64,000 bases of DNA from Spartobacteria bacterium (lineage in GTDB: Bacteria > Verrucomicrobiota > Verrucomicrobiia > Chthoniobacterales > UBA6821). The DNA lies in assembly GCA_947482345.1 (NCBI GenBank), contig CANKJN010000001.1:1558-65557 (forward strand), in the 5' to 3' direction. Below are positions 9,126 through 18,567 of the stretch, piece by piece (position 1 is the first letter of the stretch; each line of letters begins with the position of its first letter). The notes under the pieces were generated by a model that saw only the letters and a list, made by a program, of their open reading frames with translations, ran no database searches and was not told the origin of the DNA. Both the position numbers and the translations under genes were made by a program.

Positions 9126-9770
9126 TTACTTGGCCGGCCCGGCACCCGCTTTCTTCACGGGAGCCTCGGGCAGGGGATAATCATGACGCAGGGAGAGGAG
9201 ATAGGCGACGAGGTTCTTCGCCTCCGCCGTCGGAACCACTTCGTAACCCTGCTTCGGGGCATCCGCACCGGTCAGGTTGAGCGCCTCGTCGGAGCGCGCT
9301 CCCTGGATCTTGCGGAGAAGGAAGAGATGGCTGTAGGAGGGCATGAGCGACCCCTCGCAGACGGAGGAGGGATGGTAGAGATGCTTGTAATGCCAGGCGG
9401 CGTCGGGAAGACGCACGCCGACATTCGAGAGATCCTGGCCCAGGCGGCGGGAACCGAGGAAGGCCGTGCTGTCGCGCAGATAGTCGCGGGCCACCGAGGG
9501 ACGGACGCCCCAACCGCGCTCGATGTCGGTCTGCGTGATGCTTGTCTGGCGGACCTGCTGACTGTGGCAGGAGACACACCCTTCGGTCGCATAGATTCGC
9601 TGGCCGGCCACCGCCTGACCGCCGTAGACGGGAGGGAGGGTGCCGCCGGTGTCGGCATCGGCCACCGGGGAGAGGCGGCCCAATCCAAGCACGGGATAGG
9701 CGACCAGCCCGAGCCAGGAGGTCAGGAAAACCAGGAAGATGCCGCTGAGCAGTGTCGGTAGGCGGTGCAT
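9126..9770 (-). CDS. ccoO: cbb3-type oxidase subunit II-like monoheme cytochrome c (CcoO/FixO family)
   Basis: Start taken at MHRLPTLLSG (ATG 9768-9770), 1 nt after the upstream stop. Motifs: YATEGCVSCHSQQVRQ, ERGWGVRPSVARDY, LGSRRLGQDLSNVG, WHYKHLYHPSSV..SLMPSY. Confidence 0.85.
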   Translation of the reverse strand: MHRLPTLLSGIFLVFLTSWLGLVAYPVLGLGRLSPVADADTGGTLPPVYGGQAVAGQRIYATEGCVSCHSQQVRQTSITQTDIERGWGVRPSVARDYLRDSTAFLGSRRLGQDLSNVGVRLPDAAWHYKHLYHPSSVCEGSLMPSYSHLFLLRKIQGARSDEALNLTGADAPKQGYEVVPTAEAKNLVAYLLSLRHDYPLPEAPVKKAGAGPAK

Positions 9771-9771
9771 G

Positions 9772-11214
9772 TTATTTCTTCTTCGGGAAGAGGTAATCCC
9801 ACGCAAGGGCGCGGGAGAGATTGAGTCCGAGGATCACCGCGGCGGCAAGAAGCATGAGCTGCGCCCCGCACTCCAGGACATGGAAGGGATAGGAGTAGGA
9901 GGTGATGTTGAGGAAGGAGACGGTGGGGTCGTTCAGCGCGAGTCCGGTGAAGAGGCCCCCGAAGAGCATCAGTCCGACCAGCAGCCAGAGCCCCGAGAAG
10001 GTGAGCCAGTAGTGGCGGGCGGAGAGGGAGGCGCACCAGCAGTCGCGACCCAGCAGGGCGGGGAACGACTCGTAGAGCACCGCAAAGAGCGGGAAAGAAA
10101 TCGCTCCGAGAATCCAGAGCTGGGTCTTGGCCTCGGTGACGGCGGTGAAGCGGAGAGCGCCGCTGATCTCCGGCAGCGCGCAGAGGGCTCCCAGGATTCC
10201 GATCGAAATCAACGCATAGATCCCGGTCCTCAGGAAGCGAATCACCACACCCTCCTCAACATCGCTGTTCTTATCAGCGCTCTTGTGGGCGCTCATGCCG
10301 AGGAGATTGATCGCGATGATCACCACCGGGATCAGGAAGAGGACTCCGGCCACGACGCCGGCCGAGGTCATCCAGGCGGGAACAGGGCCGCCGATGAGTC
10401 GCTCCATGCCGTTCCATCCACCGAGCAGGAGCAGCATCCAGAATCCGAGGGTCGCCAGATTGCGGCGGTTGAGATGGCTACCGACCAGGCGGGGCATCAA
10501 GGCGTAGAGGGCGGCGATGGCCACCGGCAGAAGCCAGAGGGCAAGCAAGCTTCCGCAATACCACGATTGGATCGGTCCCTGCGCGGAGGCCTGCACCGGC
10601 TTCCAAGTCAGCAGAAGGTTCGCGGTGCCGTAGACCCAGGGGAACCAGCAGAAGGCGGCGACAAGGAACCACTGGGCGACCTCGGCGCGCTCGTTGGCGC
10701 GGCGGTCGAACTGGAGCACCGCCCAGATGCCGATGAGCAGGAAGGAGAGGAGCAGCATCGCCGAGGCCCAGTTCGGGTACTCGAGCCATTCCACCCCGGT
10801 GCTGTAACCGGCGAAGATCGCGAGCGTGCCGAGCAGGATGGCGACGTTCCAGAGGACCGTGGCGCTGACCAGGAGCGTGGAGTGCAGAATCCCCCCGAGA
10901 GGCCGTCCGCTGAGGCGGGCCATCAGCCAGATACCGGCGGCAAGCGCGGCCTGGGAAGCCCATCCGTAGAGGAAGAGATCCCGCGCCATCGGCGCGAGAC
11001 GGCCGTAGGTGAGGAAACTGACGCCGCCGAGGAATCCGGGGGCGATCAACTTCACCGAGAGGATGAAGGAGATCAGCGAGGCGACGACCAGCCAGTGGAC
11101 GGCATTGCCGAAAAGAACCAGCACCGGGAGGCGCACCGAGGCATCAACGGCGCGCGTCTCGGCCGTTCCGCGATCCTCCTCGGCGTGATGATGGGGAAAG
11201 ATGTTCTCGCTCAT
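9772..11214 (-). CDS. CcoN-like 12-TM protein lacking the canonical heme/CuB ligands
   Basis: 480 aa. Colinear blocks with CcoN (YGRLAPMARD, GVEWLEYPNW, IQSWYCGSLLALW, FWMLLLLGGWNGMERL, VIRFL, RFTAVTEAKTQLWILG), but the positions of the six ligand His and the cross-linked Tyr carry other residues. See finding. Confidence 0.75.
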   Translation of the reverse strand: MSENIFPHHHAEEDRGTAETRAVDASVRLPVLVLFGNAVHWLVVASLISFILSVKLIAPGFLGGVSFLTYGRLAPMARDLFLYGWASQAALAAGIWLMARLSGRPLGGILHSTLLVSATVLWNVAILLGTLAIFAGYSTGVEWLEYPNWASAMLLLSFLLIGIWAVLQFDRRANERAEVAQWFLVAAFCWFPWVYGTANLLLTWKPVQASAQGPIQSWYCGSLLALWLLPVAIAALYALMPRLVGSHLNRRNLATLGFWMLLLLGGWNGMERLIGGPVPAWMTSAGVVAGVLFLIPVVIIAINLLGMSAHKSADKNSDVEEGVVIRFLRTGIYALISIGILGALCALPEISGALRFTAVTEAKTQLWILGAISFPLFAVLYESFPALLGRDCWCASLSARHYWLTFSGLWLLVGLMLFGGLFTGLALNDPTVSFLNITSYSYPFHVLECGAQLMLLAAAVILGLNLSRALAWDYLFPKKK

Positions 11215-11543
11215 TGCTGGGAAGGCTTAACGGCGGTTTTCAGCGTCGGGAGGACCAGTTCCATCGCGCGCGTGATCGGAATCCGGACAACACCCTTGGC
11301 CTTGTCGTTCCATCCGTAGGTGGTGAGGGCCGCCTTGTCGGCCGCCTGAAGTTCCGCGAGGTTCTTTGTCCGCTCGGCGGAGCGCGCCGCATCCTCGAGT
11401 TCGGTGGCGGAACCGGAGCGGTTGATCCAGAGGGCGCCGGCAGCCGCGATCAGGAGCAGGATCAGCACGGCCACGCCGAGCAGGATGCCGGGACCGCGCG
11501 ATCCGGTCGCGCTCTCATGGGATGTCTCGTGATGGTGTGTCAT
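11211..11543 (-). CDS. Small single-pass membrane protein of the ACIII/oxidase cluster
   Basis: 110 aa. His-rich N-terminus, one TM (ILLGVAVLILLLIAAAGALWI), and a C-terminal block YGWNDKAKGVVRIPITRAMELV. ATGA overlap with the downstream gene; 1-nt overlap with actF. Confidence 0.6.
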   Translation of the reverse strand: MTHHHETSHESATGSRGPGILLGVAVLILLLIAAAGALWINRSGSATELEDAARSAERTKNLAELQAADKAALTTYGWNDKAKGVVRIPITRAMELVLPTLKTAVKPSQQ

Positions 11544-12739
11544 CAGTCGTTGTAATTGGCAGCCTCGGCGAGGCGCGGGTCACGTGATGGCCAGAGCGGG
11601 GAATCGCCCAGTTTCTTGAGGAAGAGGGCACCCAGAGTGCTGCCGATGGCGATGACTGCCGCGATGTCCAGAACGGCGGGGTCGAATCCCTCCGGGTGCA
11701 GCACGGGAAGGATCATGGTGTAGAGGTCGAGCAGGTGCATCGCCAGGATCCACCCTGCAACCATCCCGAGGAAGCCGGCGCTCGCCTTCGGCGCACGGAA
11801 GATGAGAAGGGTGAAGGGGATGAGGAAGTGGCCGACCACAAGGACGATGCCGAGCACCTTCCAGGAGCCCGTCGAGCGGAGAACGTAGTAGGCGGTCTCC
11901 TCGGGGATGTTCGCATACCAGATGAGCATGTACTGGACGAAGGCGATCCAGGACCAGAAGAGCGTGAAGGCGAGCAGCAGCTTGCCGAAGGCGAAGTTGT
12001 GCTGCGCGGTCAGGACCCGCCCGAGGTAGCCGGCGGAGCGGAGTGCGTTGGCAAGCAGGATGATGAGGCAGAGCGCCGCGAGGGCGGAACCGGCGAAGAG
12101 GTAGATGCCGAAGATCGTGGAATACCAGCGGATGTTCAGGCCCATGATCCAGTCGAACGACCAGAAGGTGAGCGCGATGGCTCCCACGGGAATGATGAAG
12201 AAGGCCACACGGCGGTTGCGGATCGTGTGGATCGCGGCCCCGTCCTTGTCCTGCGCGATCGAGTTGCGGCGCAGCAGCGCGGCCACGATGCCGAAGAGCA
12301 GGAAGTAGAAGACTGTGCGCAGCCAGAAGAAGTTGACGTTGAGGTAGGCTGATTTCTCGGCCAGCTCATGGTCGTGGACTGGATCCGCTGCCATCCAGGT
12401 CCAGACGAGCGGCGCCACGAAAAAGAGCGGCACGAGCAGAAGCGCCAGCAGCGGCAGGAGGCAGGAGATGTTCTCGAGTTGACGGCGGATGCCGACGCTC
12501 CAGGCGCTGTCGACCGCGTGATGGACCACGACCCAGAAAAGTGAGCCGATCAGGAGGGTGAAGAAAAAGCTTCCGGCGAAGAGCCAGGAGAAGGCGAACT
12601 GCTTCGGGTCACCCAGGCCGAGCACCAGGGTGATGATGAGAGTGACGACCGCCGTCAGGCAGAGGCCTACGAAGCGGCCCCCGACATGCTTGTAGTCGAA
12701 GGTCTCCGGGGCCGGAAGTGATGTCTGCTCGTTGCTCAT
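11543..12739 (-). CDS. actF: Alternative complex III subunit ActF (NrfD-like membrane subunit)
   Basis: 398 aa polytopic membrane protein, located immediately after actE in canonical act gene order. Confidence 0.8.
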   Translation of the reverse strand: MSNEQTSLPAPETFDYKHVGGRFVGLCLTAVVTLIITLVLGLGDPKQFAFSWLFAGSFFFTLLIGSLFWVVVHHAVDSAWSVGIRRQLENISCLLPLLALLLVPLFFVAPLVWTWMAADPVHDHELAEKSAYLNVNFFWLRTVFYFLLFGIVAALLRRNSIAQDKDGAAIHTIRNRRVAFFIIPVGAIALTFWSFDWIMGLNIRWYSTIFGIYLFAGSALAALCLIILLANALRSAGYLGRVLTAQHNFAFGKLLLAFTLFWSWIAFVQYMLIWYANIPEETAYYVLRSTGSWKVLGIVLVVGHFLIPFTLLIFRAPKASAGFLGMVAGWILAMHLLDLYTMILPVLHPEGFDPAVLDIAAVIAIGSTLGALFLKKLGDSPLWPSRDPRLAEAANYND

Positions 12740-12742
12740 CGG

Positions 12743-13465
12743 TCAGGGCTGGGCAGGGGTGGAGGCGGCGTTGGTTCCCTGCAGGGCCGCGCGCTCTGCT
12801 GCGGGGACATCATTGATCGTCGCGTTCTGCGAGCGCTGCAAGGCGCGGACATAGGCGACGATCGCCCAGCGGTCGGGCACCTGGATCACCGATCCGTATC
12901 CGAGCATCGTGTTCTTGCCGTTGGCGATCGTGTTGTAGATCTCGCCATCGGTCATCTCGCGGAGGCGCTGCTGGTGGAGGTTGGCGACGCCGACAAGACC
13001 GTACTTCGTGGCGATGCCGTTGCCGGCGCCCGTATCCCCGTGGCAGACGGCGCACTGGATCTGGTAACGCTCGCGGCCGCGCTCGAGGGTCGCCATGGTG
13101 GCGTTGAAGGGAAGTCCGTTGCCCCAGTTGGTGCCGTTCTTTCCGGTGTCGGCGTAGCCTTCCTTGCCGGAGAAAATGACGACCTCGTAGGGGCCGCTCA
13201 TGACGGCGCCGTTTGATGATGCGGCGGACGGCTTCACCGGCTCGCTGTAGCCGACGGGGACCGTCCCGGCGACCGGTTCGCGGGAGCCGCGTCCGTCGGC
13301 GAAGAATCCGCTCGGAACCTGGGCCTTCACCTTGGGCTGGCGCACCATGTCGGGGAAGATCTCGATCGGCGGGCGCTTGGTCTTGCAGCCGCGCAGTCCC
13401 GCGATGGAGACCACCAGGATGACCAGCAGGGTCAGGAGAAGGATGAAGTAGCGGATGAGGCTCAT
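12743..13465 (-). CDS. actE: Alternative complex III subunit ActE (monoheme cytochrome c)
   Basis: Start taken at MSLIRYFILLL (ATG 13463-13465), 4 nt after the actD stop. N-terminal anchor and a single CxxCH (QCAVCHGDTGAGNG). Confidence 0.8.
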   Translation of the reverse strand: MSLIRYFILLLTLLVILVVSIAGLRGCKTKRPPIEIFPDMVRQPKVKAQVPSGFFADGRGSREPVAGTVPVGYSEPVKPSAASSNGAVMSGPYEVVIFSGKEGYADTGKNGTNWGNGLPFNATMATLERGRERYQIQCAVCHGDTGAGNGIATKYGLVGVANLHQQRLREMTDGEIYNTIANGKNTMLGYGSVIQVPDRWAIVAYVRALQRSQNATINDVPAAERAALQGTNAASTPAQP

Positions 13466-13469
13466 GGCG

Positions 13470-14054
13470 TTACTTGGATTCCTCCTCGAGATGGATGGCG
13501 GTGACATCGCCGGCTCCGAGTTGATCGAGAAGCTCGGTCACTCCGGCCGTGGTGAATTTTTTGTCATCGGCCTCGACCGCGAGGAAGAAGCCGCGCGAGG
13601 CATCCTTGGCGAAGAGGTCCCAGGCGAACATCGGATTGTTCAGGCGGGGCATGCCACCGAGGATGATCATTCCCTTCACCGCGGCGATGGCGCCGATCAT
13701 CAGCGTGAGTGCCACGACGATCGGCACATACTGGGGAAGGGCCGAGAGATTGAGTGGCTTGCCGTCCACGACGAGAGGGTAGATGAGGGTGCTCGGGACA
13801 AGCTCCATCGATAAGGCGATCAGGATGGCCGTGAGTCCGCCGCCCAACACGAGGAAGCTGAGGAGCGACTTGGGCAGGCGCATCACCTCGGCGAGTCCGT
13901 GCACCGGATAGGGGGTGTAGCACTCGTAGGCGGAGTAGCCCTCGGCACGCAGGCGGTTCACCGCGGCCAAAAGCTGGTCAGGGGTGTCGAACCGTGCACC
14001 GATCGCGTGGAGCGGCTCCTCCTTGGATCCGCAGATGGGAAGGTGATGGCTCAT
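13470..14054 (-). CDS. actD: Alternative complex III subunit ActD (DUF3341-type)
   Basis: Distal 194 codons of track ORF 13470..14339, starting MSHHLPICGSKEEPLHAIGARFDTPDQLLAAVNRLRAEGY. Two TMs. The upstream part of the track ORF overlaps actC out of frame. Confidence 0.8.
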   Translation of the reverse strand: MSHHLPICGSKEEPLHAIGARFDTPDQLLAAVNRLRAEGYSAYECYTPYPVHGLAEVMRLPKSLLSFLVLGGGLTAILIALSMELVPSTLIYPLVVDGKPLNLSALPQYVPIVVALTLMIGAIAAVKGMIILGGMPRLNNPMFAWDLFAKDASRGFFLAVEADDKKFTTAGVTELLDQLGAGDVTAIHLEEESK

Positions 14055-14056
14055 CT

Positions 14057-15466
14057 TTAGTGTCCCTCCCCGGTTGAGTGCTTGGGCTGTGATCCCGGAA
14101 GCGCGGCCTTGAGCTCGCTCATGTTGACGATCGGGACGAAGCGTATGAAGAGCAGGAAGAGCGTGAAGAAGATGCCGACCGTTCCGGTGGCGGTCAGGAT
14201 GTCGACGATCGTGGGGTGGAAATTCCCCCAGGAGGAGGGCAGGAAGTCGCGGGTGAGCGTGGTGGTCACGATCATGAAGCGCTCGAACCACATGCCGACG
14301 TTGCAGAGGATCGCCAGGACCACGACAAGCGGCAGGCATCGGCGAACCGCCTTGAACCAGAAGAGCTGGGGAATCGTCAGGTTGATCGAGAGACAGGTGA
14401 TCGCATACCAGCTGTAGCTGCCGGTGAAGCGCTCCCAGAATGCGCCACGCTCAAAAGGGTTCGCGCTGTACCAGGCGTTGAAGAGCTCGAAGACGTAGAC
14501 GTAGGCGACGCAGGATCCCATCATGAGAAGGAGCTTGCAGACCTTGTCGAGGTGGGACGGGGTGATCAGTTCCTTGAGCTGGGGATAGATTGTGCGGAGA
14601 GGGATGAGGAGGGTCAGGATGGTGGCGCTTCCGCTGTAGACCGCGCCGACCATGAAGTAGAAAGGGAAGATGGTGGCGTGCCAACCGGGGACGACCGACG
14701 TGGCGCAGTCGCTGGCCACGATCGTGGTGACGGTGACAACGAGGACCGAGGTGAGCCCCGCGAGCAGGACATACATCATCTCGAAGTGACGCCACTGGCG
14801 GGCGGTGCCGAGCCAACCGAGGGAGACAAGGCCGTAGGCGAACTTGCGGACCTTGGTCGTGGCGCGGTCGCGGAGGACGGCGAGATCGGGGATCATGCCG
14901 GCGAACCAGAAGAGCGAGGAGACGGTCAGGTAGCTGGTCACCGCGAAGACGTCCCAGAGCAGCGGGCTCGAGAAGTTCGGCCACATGCCGTAGCTGTTGG
15001 GCACGGGGAAGAGGAACCAGACGAACCAGACGCGCCCGATGTGGATCGCGGGATAGACGCCGGCGCAGACGATGGCAAAGACGGTCATCGCCTCGGCGGC
15101 GCGGGAGATCGAGATGCTCCACTTCTGGCGGGTCAGAAAGAGGAGCGCGGAGATGAGTGATCCGGCGTGGGCCATGGAGACCCAGAAGATGAAGTTCGTG
15201 ATGTCCCAAGCCCAGAAGCAGGGGCTGTTGGAGCCCCAGACGCCGACGCCCGTCACGATCATGTAGAGGATGCAGGCTCCGCCGATTGCGGCGAAGGCGC
15301 CGGAGACGGAGATGGCGGCATACCACCAGAGCGGGGTCTTCCCCTCGACGATCGAGCAGACCGCGTCAGTCACCCAGAGCGGGCCGCGGTTGTTGAGCAC
15401 CTGCGGCGGGCGGGCGATGGCGCTCAGATCGGGAGCGGCTGTCTCGTTGGAAGTGGTCGCGGACAT
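14057..15466 (-). CDS. actC: Alternative complex III subunit ActC (NrfD/PsrC-family quinol-interacting membrane subunit)
   Basis: 469 aa, about 10 TM helices, located directly after the Mo-pterin/FeS-like ActB. Confidence 0.9.
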   Translation of the reverse strand: MSATTSNETAAPDLSAIARPPQVLNNRGPLWVTDAVCSIVEGKTPLWWYAAISVSGAFAAIGGACILYMIVTGVGVWGSNSPCFWAWDITNFIFWVSMAHAGSLISALLFLTRQKWSISISRAAEAMTVFAIVCAGVYPAIHIGRVWFVWFLFPVPNSYGMWPNFSSPLLWDVFAVTSYLTVSSLFWFAGMIPDLAVLRDRATTKVRKFAYGLVSLGWLGTARQWRHFEMMYVLLAGLTSVLVVTVTTIVASDCATSVVPGWHATIFPFYFMVGAVYSGSATILTLLIPLRTIYPQLKELITPSHLDKVCKLLLMMGSCVAYVYVFELFNAWYSANPFERGAFWERFTGSYSWYAITCLSINLTIPQLFWFKAVRRCLPLVVVLAILCNVGMWFERFMIVTTTLTRDFLPSSWGNFHPTIVDILTATGTVGIFFTLFLLFIRFVPIVNMSELKAALPGSQPKHSTGEGH

Positions 15467-15471
15467 GCCTG

Positions 15472-18400
15472 TTAGTGGGAGTGGGTGGCGTGTTCGGGGC
15501 GACGGTTGGCGGCACCGACGAGATCGGCACCGGGCATCGCCGGGTTGGGATTGCGGACCCTCGCCATGTAGGTGACGCGCGGACGCGTGTTGAGGTAGGC
15601 GAGCGAGGAGTAGGTGCGGGCGTCAGCCTTGGCCTTGGAGACCGGGCTCTCCGGGTCGTTGATGTTGCCGAAGACGATCGACTCGGAGGGGCAGGCCTGC
15701 TGGCAGGCGGACTTGAAGGCGGGGAGCGGGGTCTTGGTGACATCGCTGGCTCCGGCCTTCACCGCGCGGCCGATCCTGGCCTCCTCGATGCGCTGGATGC
15801 AGAAAGTACACTTCTCCATCACGCCGCGCATGCGGACGGTGACGTTCGGGTTCTTGGCCATCTTGAGGCTGTCGGCCATTCCCTTCGGCGCAAGCGGGCC
15901 GTAGTAGAGCTGGTCGAGGGGGCGCTCGTTGTAGTCGAACCAGTTGAAGCGGCGCACCTTCCAGGGGCAGTTGTTGGCGCAGTAGCGGGTGCCGATGCAG
16001 CGGTTGTAGGCCATCAGGTTGAGACCCTCCTCGCTGTGGACGGTGGCGTTGGCCGGGCAGACCGCCTCGCACGGGGCGCTCTCACACTGCTGGCACATCA
16101 CCGCCATCGGGATCATCTCGAGGGATTCCTCCCTGTGATCGGCGCTCGCGAACCAGCGGTCGATGCGGATCCAGGCCATGTCGCGGCCGCGGCGGACCTG
16201 GTCCTTGCCGACGACGGGGACGTTGTTCTCGGCGCGACAGGCGACGAGGCAGGCGTTGCAACCGATGCAGGAATTCAGATCGACCGAGAGACCCCACTGG
16301 AGATCGCCGGTGAGCGGGGGATTCGGGTAGATGGATACGGGCTTGGGGAGTTCGCCATCCATCTCGGAGGCGAAGTTCGGCTCCTCCCTGAACTGCTCGA
16401 GCGTCCCCTCGCGGGCGATGTCGCGCCCTTCCATGTTCTCGTGCTCCTGGGTGCGGGCAAAGACGTAGGCATCCTTGGGCAGGGCCTTCACGGCGACACC
16501 GCTACGGTATCCGAGGGCCGAGGAGTCACGGAGCGGGTAGGCGTCGAATCCGACCTTCTCCATCACGTGGGAGACGCCGTTGCGGCCATAGCCGAGGGCG
16601 ATGCTGAGCGAGCGGTCGGCATGGCCGGGAGCGATCAGGGCGGCGGCATCGATGTATCGGTCGCCGGCGGTGATCCGGAGCCAGTCGCCATCCTTGATGC
16701 CGAGAGCCTTGGCATCGGCGGGGCTGACGAGGGCGGCGTTGTCCCAGACAAGCTTGGTGACGAAATCGGGTGTCTCCTGGAGCCAGGAATTGTTGGCGTA
16801 GCGGCCGTCGTCGACACTCGAACTGCGGAGGAAGACCACCTCGAACTCCCCGGAGGCAATCCCCTTGGCCGACTGGACGGCGGCGAGGGCAGAACCCTGG
16901 TTGAAAGCCGGTGCCGAGAGGGGCCACGCGGTTCCCGCGGCGAAGCCGTTCTTCAGGAAGGTCTGCCAGGCGGCGTCGGAGGCATCCTTGGAGCAGGAGG
17001 CGAAGGTGGCGCGGACCGCGGAGGGGCCGTCGATCTTCTCGCCGGCCAGCGATGCGAGGATCTCGATTGCGGAGATTCCGTTCCAGAGCGGAAGGATCAT
17101 CGGCTGGACGGAGCAGACCGTGCCGTCGAGGGAACGGGCATCGCCCCAGCTCTCCAGATAATGGGCCGCGGGCACCTGCCAGTGGGTCACCTTGCTCGTC
17201 TCGTCGGTGAAGATCGAGAGGTGGAGCGTCTCGGGGACGTGTGCCAGCAGGTTCGCGAAGTCGAGGCCCGCGGGGGCGGTGTGAGCCGGATTGCCGCCGA
17301 GGATCAGGAGGGTCTTGACCGAGCGGGCCTTGATCGCGGCGCAGAGATCGGAAAGCTTCGCGGCGGGCTTGGCGCCGGTCTGGCGGACGGAAATGGTCGT
17401 GCCGAGATTGCCAAGGGAGGCATTGATCCCGATGACGAGGGCGCGGACCGCGGCGGGCTGCTGCGCGCCGACAAGGACAAGACTCTTCCCCTTTGCGGAG
17501 AGAAGATCGTCGGCCACTCCCTTGATCCAGGCGGGATCGAAGGTGACACCGGTGCCCTTGTAAGCCGAGGAAAGGGACTTGAGACCGGCATCACCGGTCT
17601 TGGCGGCGACCGCGGAGGCGACCGCGGCGGCGAAGTCGCCGTATTCCGAGGCCCGGACGCGGAGGCGGTGGTCGGCCATGCCGCCGGTGATGGAGAAGTG
17701 GTTCTCCGCCACGTAGAGACGGTTCATCGACCCCTTGGGATCGCGGCGCTTTGCAAAGCCGTTGGCGAAACCGAAGCCGCTCTCGGCGGGGTTCAGGAAA
17801 TCGCTGCCGATCGTGAGGATGACATCGGCCTTGGCCACATCGCATGCGGGACGGGCTCCGGCGCCGAACAGGACGTCGAAGACCTCCTCCGCGCCGCGTG
17901 AGGAAATCGCCTCGTCCTGCACCCAGAGGATCTTCGGGAACTGCTGGGTCAGCGCGGCCCGGAGACGCTCGACGGTGGGGGAGTTCTCCCTGCCCACGAG
18001 GATCGCGAGGCCGTCGCCGGCGTTGGATCCCGCGGTGGCGCGGATCTTGGCCAGCAGGTTGTCGAGATCGCCGCGACCGACGGTCAGCGAGTCGTGCTTG
18101 ATCTCCTTGGAGCGGTTCGGGTCGTAGAGGTCGAGGACGGAAGCCTGGGCAAAGGCATCGGTCGAGCCGTTGCTGAGCGGGTGGAGGGGATTCCCCTCGA
18201 TCTTGGTCGGGCGGCCGTCGCTGGTGGTGACGATGAGCGGAACGGCGCCCGCCGGGGTCGGCATGGCGCTCGCGTAGAAGAGGAACTTCCCGGGAACCGT
18301 CCACTCGGCGCTCTTGGCGAAGGGAACAAGGTGCGCCTCGGGACGGCGGCATCCGGTCAGCCCCACGCCGGTCAGCGCGGTGGCGGCTCCCATGAGGCGG

Positions 18401-18567
18401 ACGAAATCACGGCGGGAGAGGCCCTCGCCGCCTTCACGGCCCGAGGCCGCATCGGTGAACTCGCGGGCAAGCGACTCGTTGAACTCCGCGGAATTCTCGA
18501 GCTCTCCGCTGGTCCTCCAGAGGGTCGGCTTCGCGTCACGCGCGGGATGTTGGAAAATCTTTTTCAT
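15472..18567 (-). CDS. actB: Alternative complex III subunit ActB (molybdopterin-oxidoreductase-like domain fused to 4Fe-4S ferredoxin domain)
   Basis: Start at MKKIFQHP, in an ATGA overlap with the actA stop (18564-18567). Twin-arginine signal SRRDFVRLMGAATAL. FeS motifs CIGCNACLVACRAENN, CQQCESAPCEAVCP, CIGTRYCANNCPWKVRRFN. Confidence 0.92.
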   Translation of the reverse strand: MKKIFQHPARDAKPTLWRTSGELENSAEFNESLAREFTDAASGREGGEGLSRRDFVRLMGAATALTGVGLTGCRRPEAHLVPFAKSAEWTVPGKFLFYASAMPTPAGAVPLIVTTSDGRPTKIEGNPLHPLSNGSTDAFAQASVLDLYDPNRSKEIKHDSLTVGRGDLDNLLAKIRATAGSNAGDGLAILVGRENSPTVERLRAALTQQFPKILWVQDEAISSRGAEEVFDVLFGAGARPACDVAKADVILTIGSDFLNPAESGFGFANGFAKRRDPKGSMNRLYVAENHFSITGGMADHRLRVRASEYGDFAAAVASAVAAKTGDAGLKSLSSAYKGTGVTFDPAWIKGVADDLLSAKGKSLVLVGAQQPAAVRALVIGINASLGNLGTTISVRQTGAKPAAKLSDLCAAIKARSVKTLLILGGNPAHTAPAGLDFANLLAHVPETLHLSIFTDETSKVTHWQVPAAHYLESWGDARSLDGTVCSVQPMILPLWNGISAIEILASLAGEKIDGPSAVRATFASCSKDASDAAWQTFLKNGFAAGTAWPLSAPAFNQGSALAAVQSAKGIASGEFEVVFLRSSSVDDGRYANNSWLQETPDFVTKLVWDNAALVSPADAKALGIKDGDWLRITAGDRYIDAAALIAPGHADRSLSIALGYGRNGVSHVMEKVGFDAYPLRDSSALGYRSGVAVKALPKDAYVFARTQEHENMEGRDIAREGTLEQFREEPNFASEMDGELPKPVSIYPNPPLTGDLQWGLSVDLNSCIGCNACLVACRAENNVPVVGKDQVRRGRDMAWIRIDRWFASADHREESLEMIPMAVMCQQCESAPCEAVCPANATVHSEEGLNLMAYNRCIGTRYCANNCPWKVRRFNWFDYNERPLDQLYYGPLAPKGMADSLKMAKNPNVTVRMRGVMEKCTFCIQRIEEARIGRAVKAGASDVTKTPLPAFKSACQQACPSESIVFGNINDPESPVSKAKADARTYSSLAYLNTRPRVTYMARVRNPNPAMPGADLVGAANRRPEHATHSH

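Noticed and set aside
9739-11319. 526-aa plus-strand ORF
   Set aside because: Antisense to the CcoN-like membrane protein gene. Highly charged Arg/Glu/Gly-rich sequence with no recognisable domain.
15475-17901. 808-aa plus-strand ORF
   Set aside because: Antisense to actB, which has a Tat signal and FeS motifs. Shadow-ORF composition.
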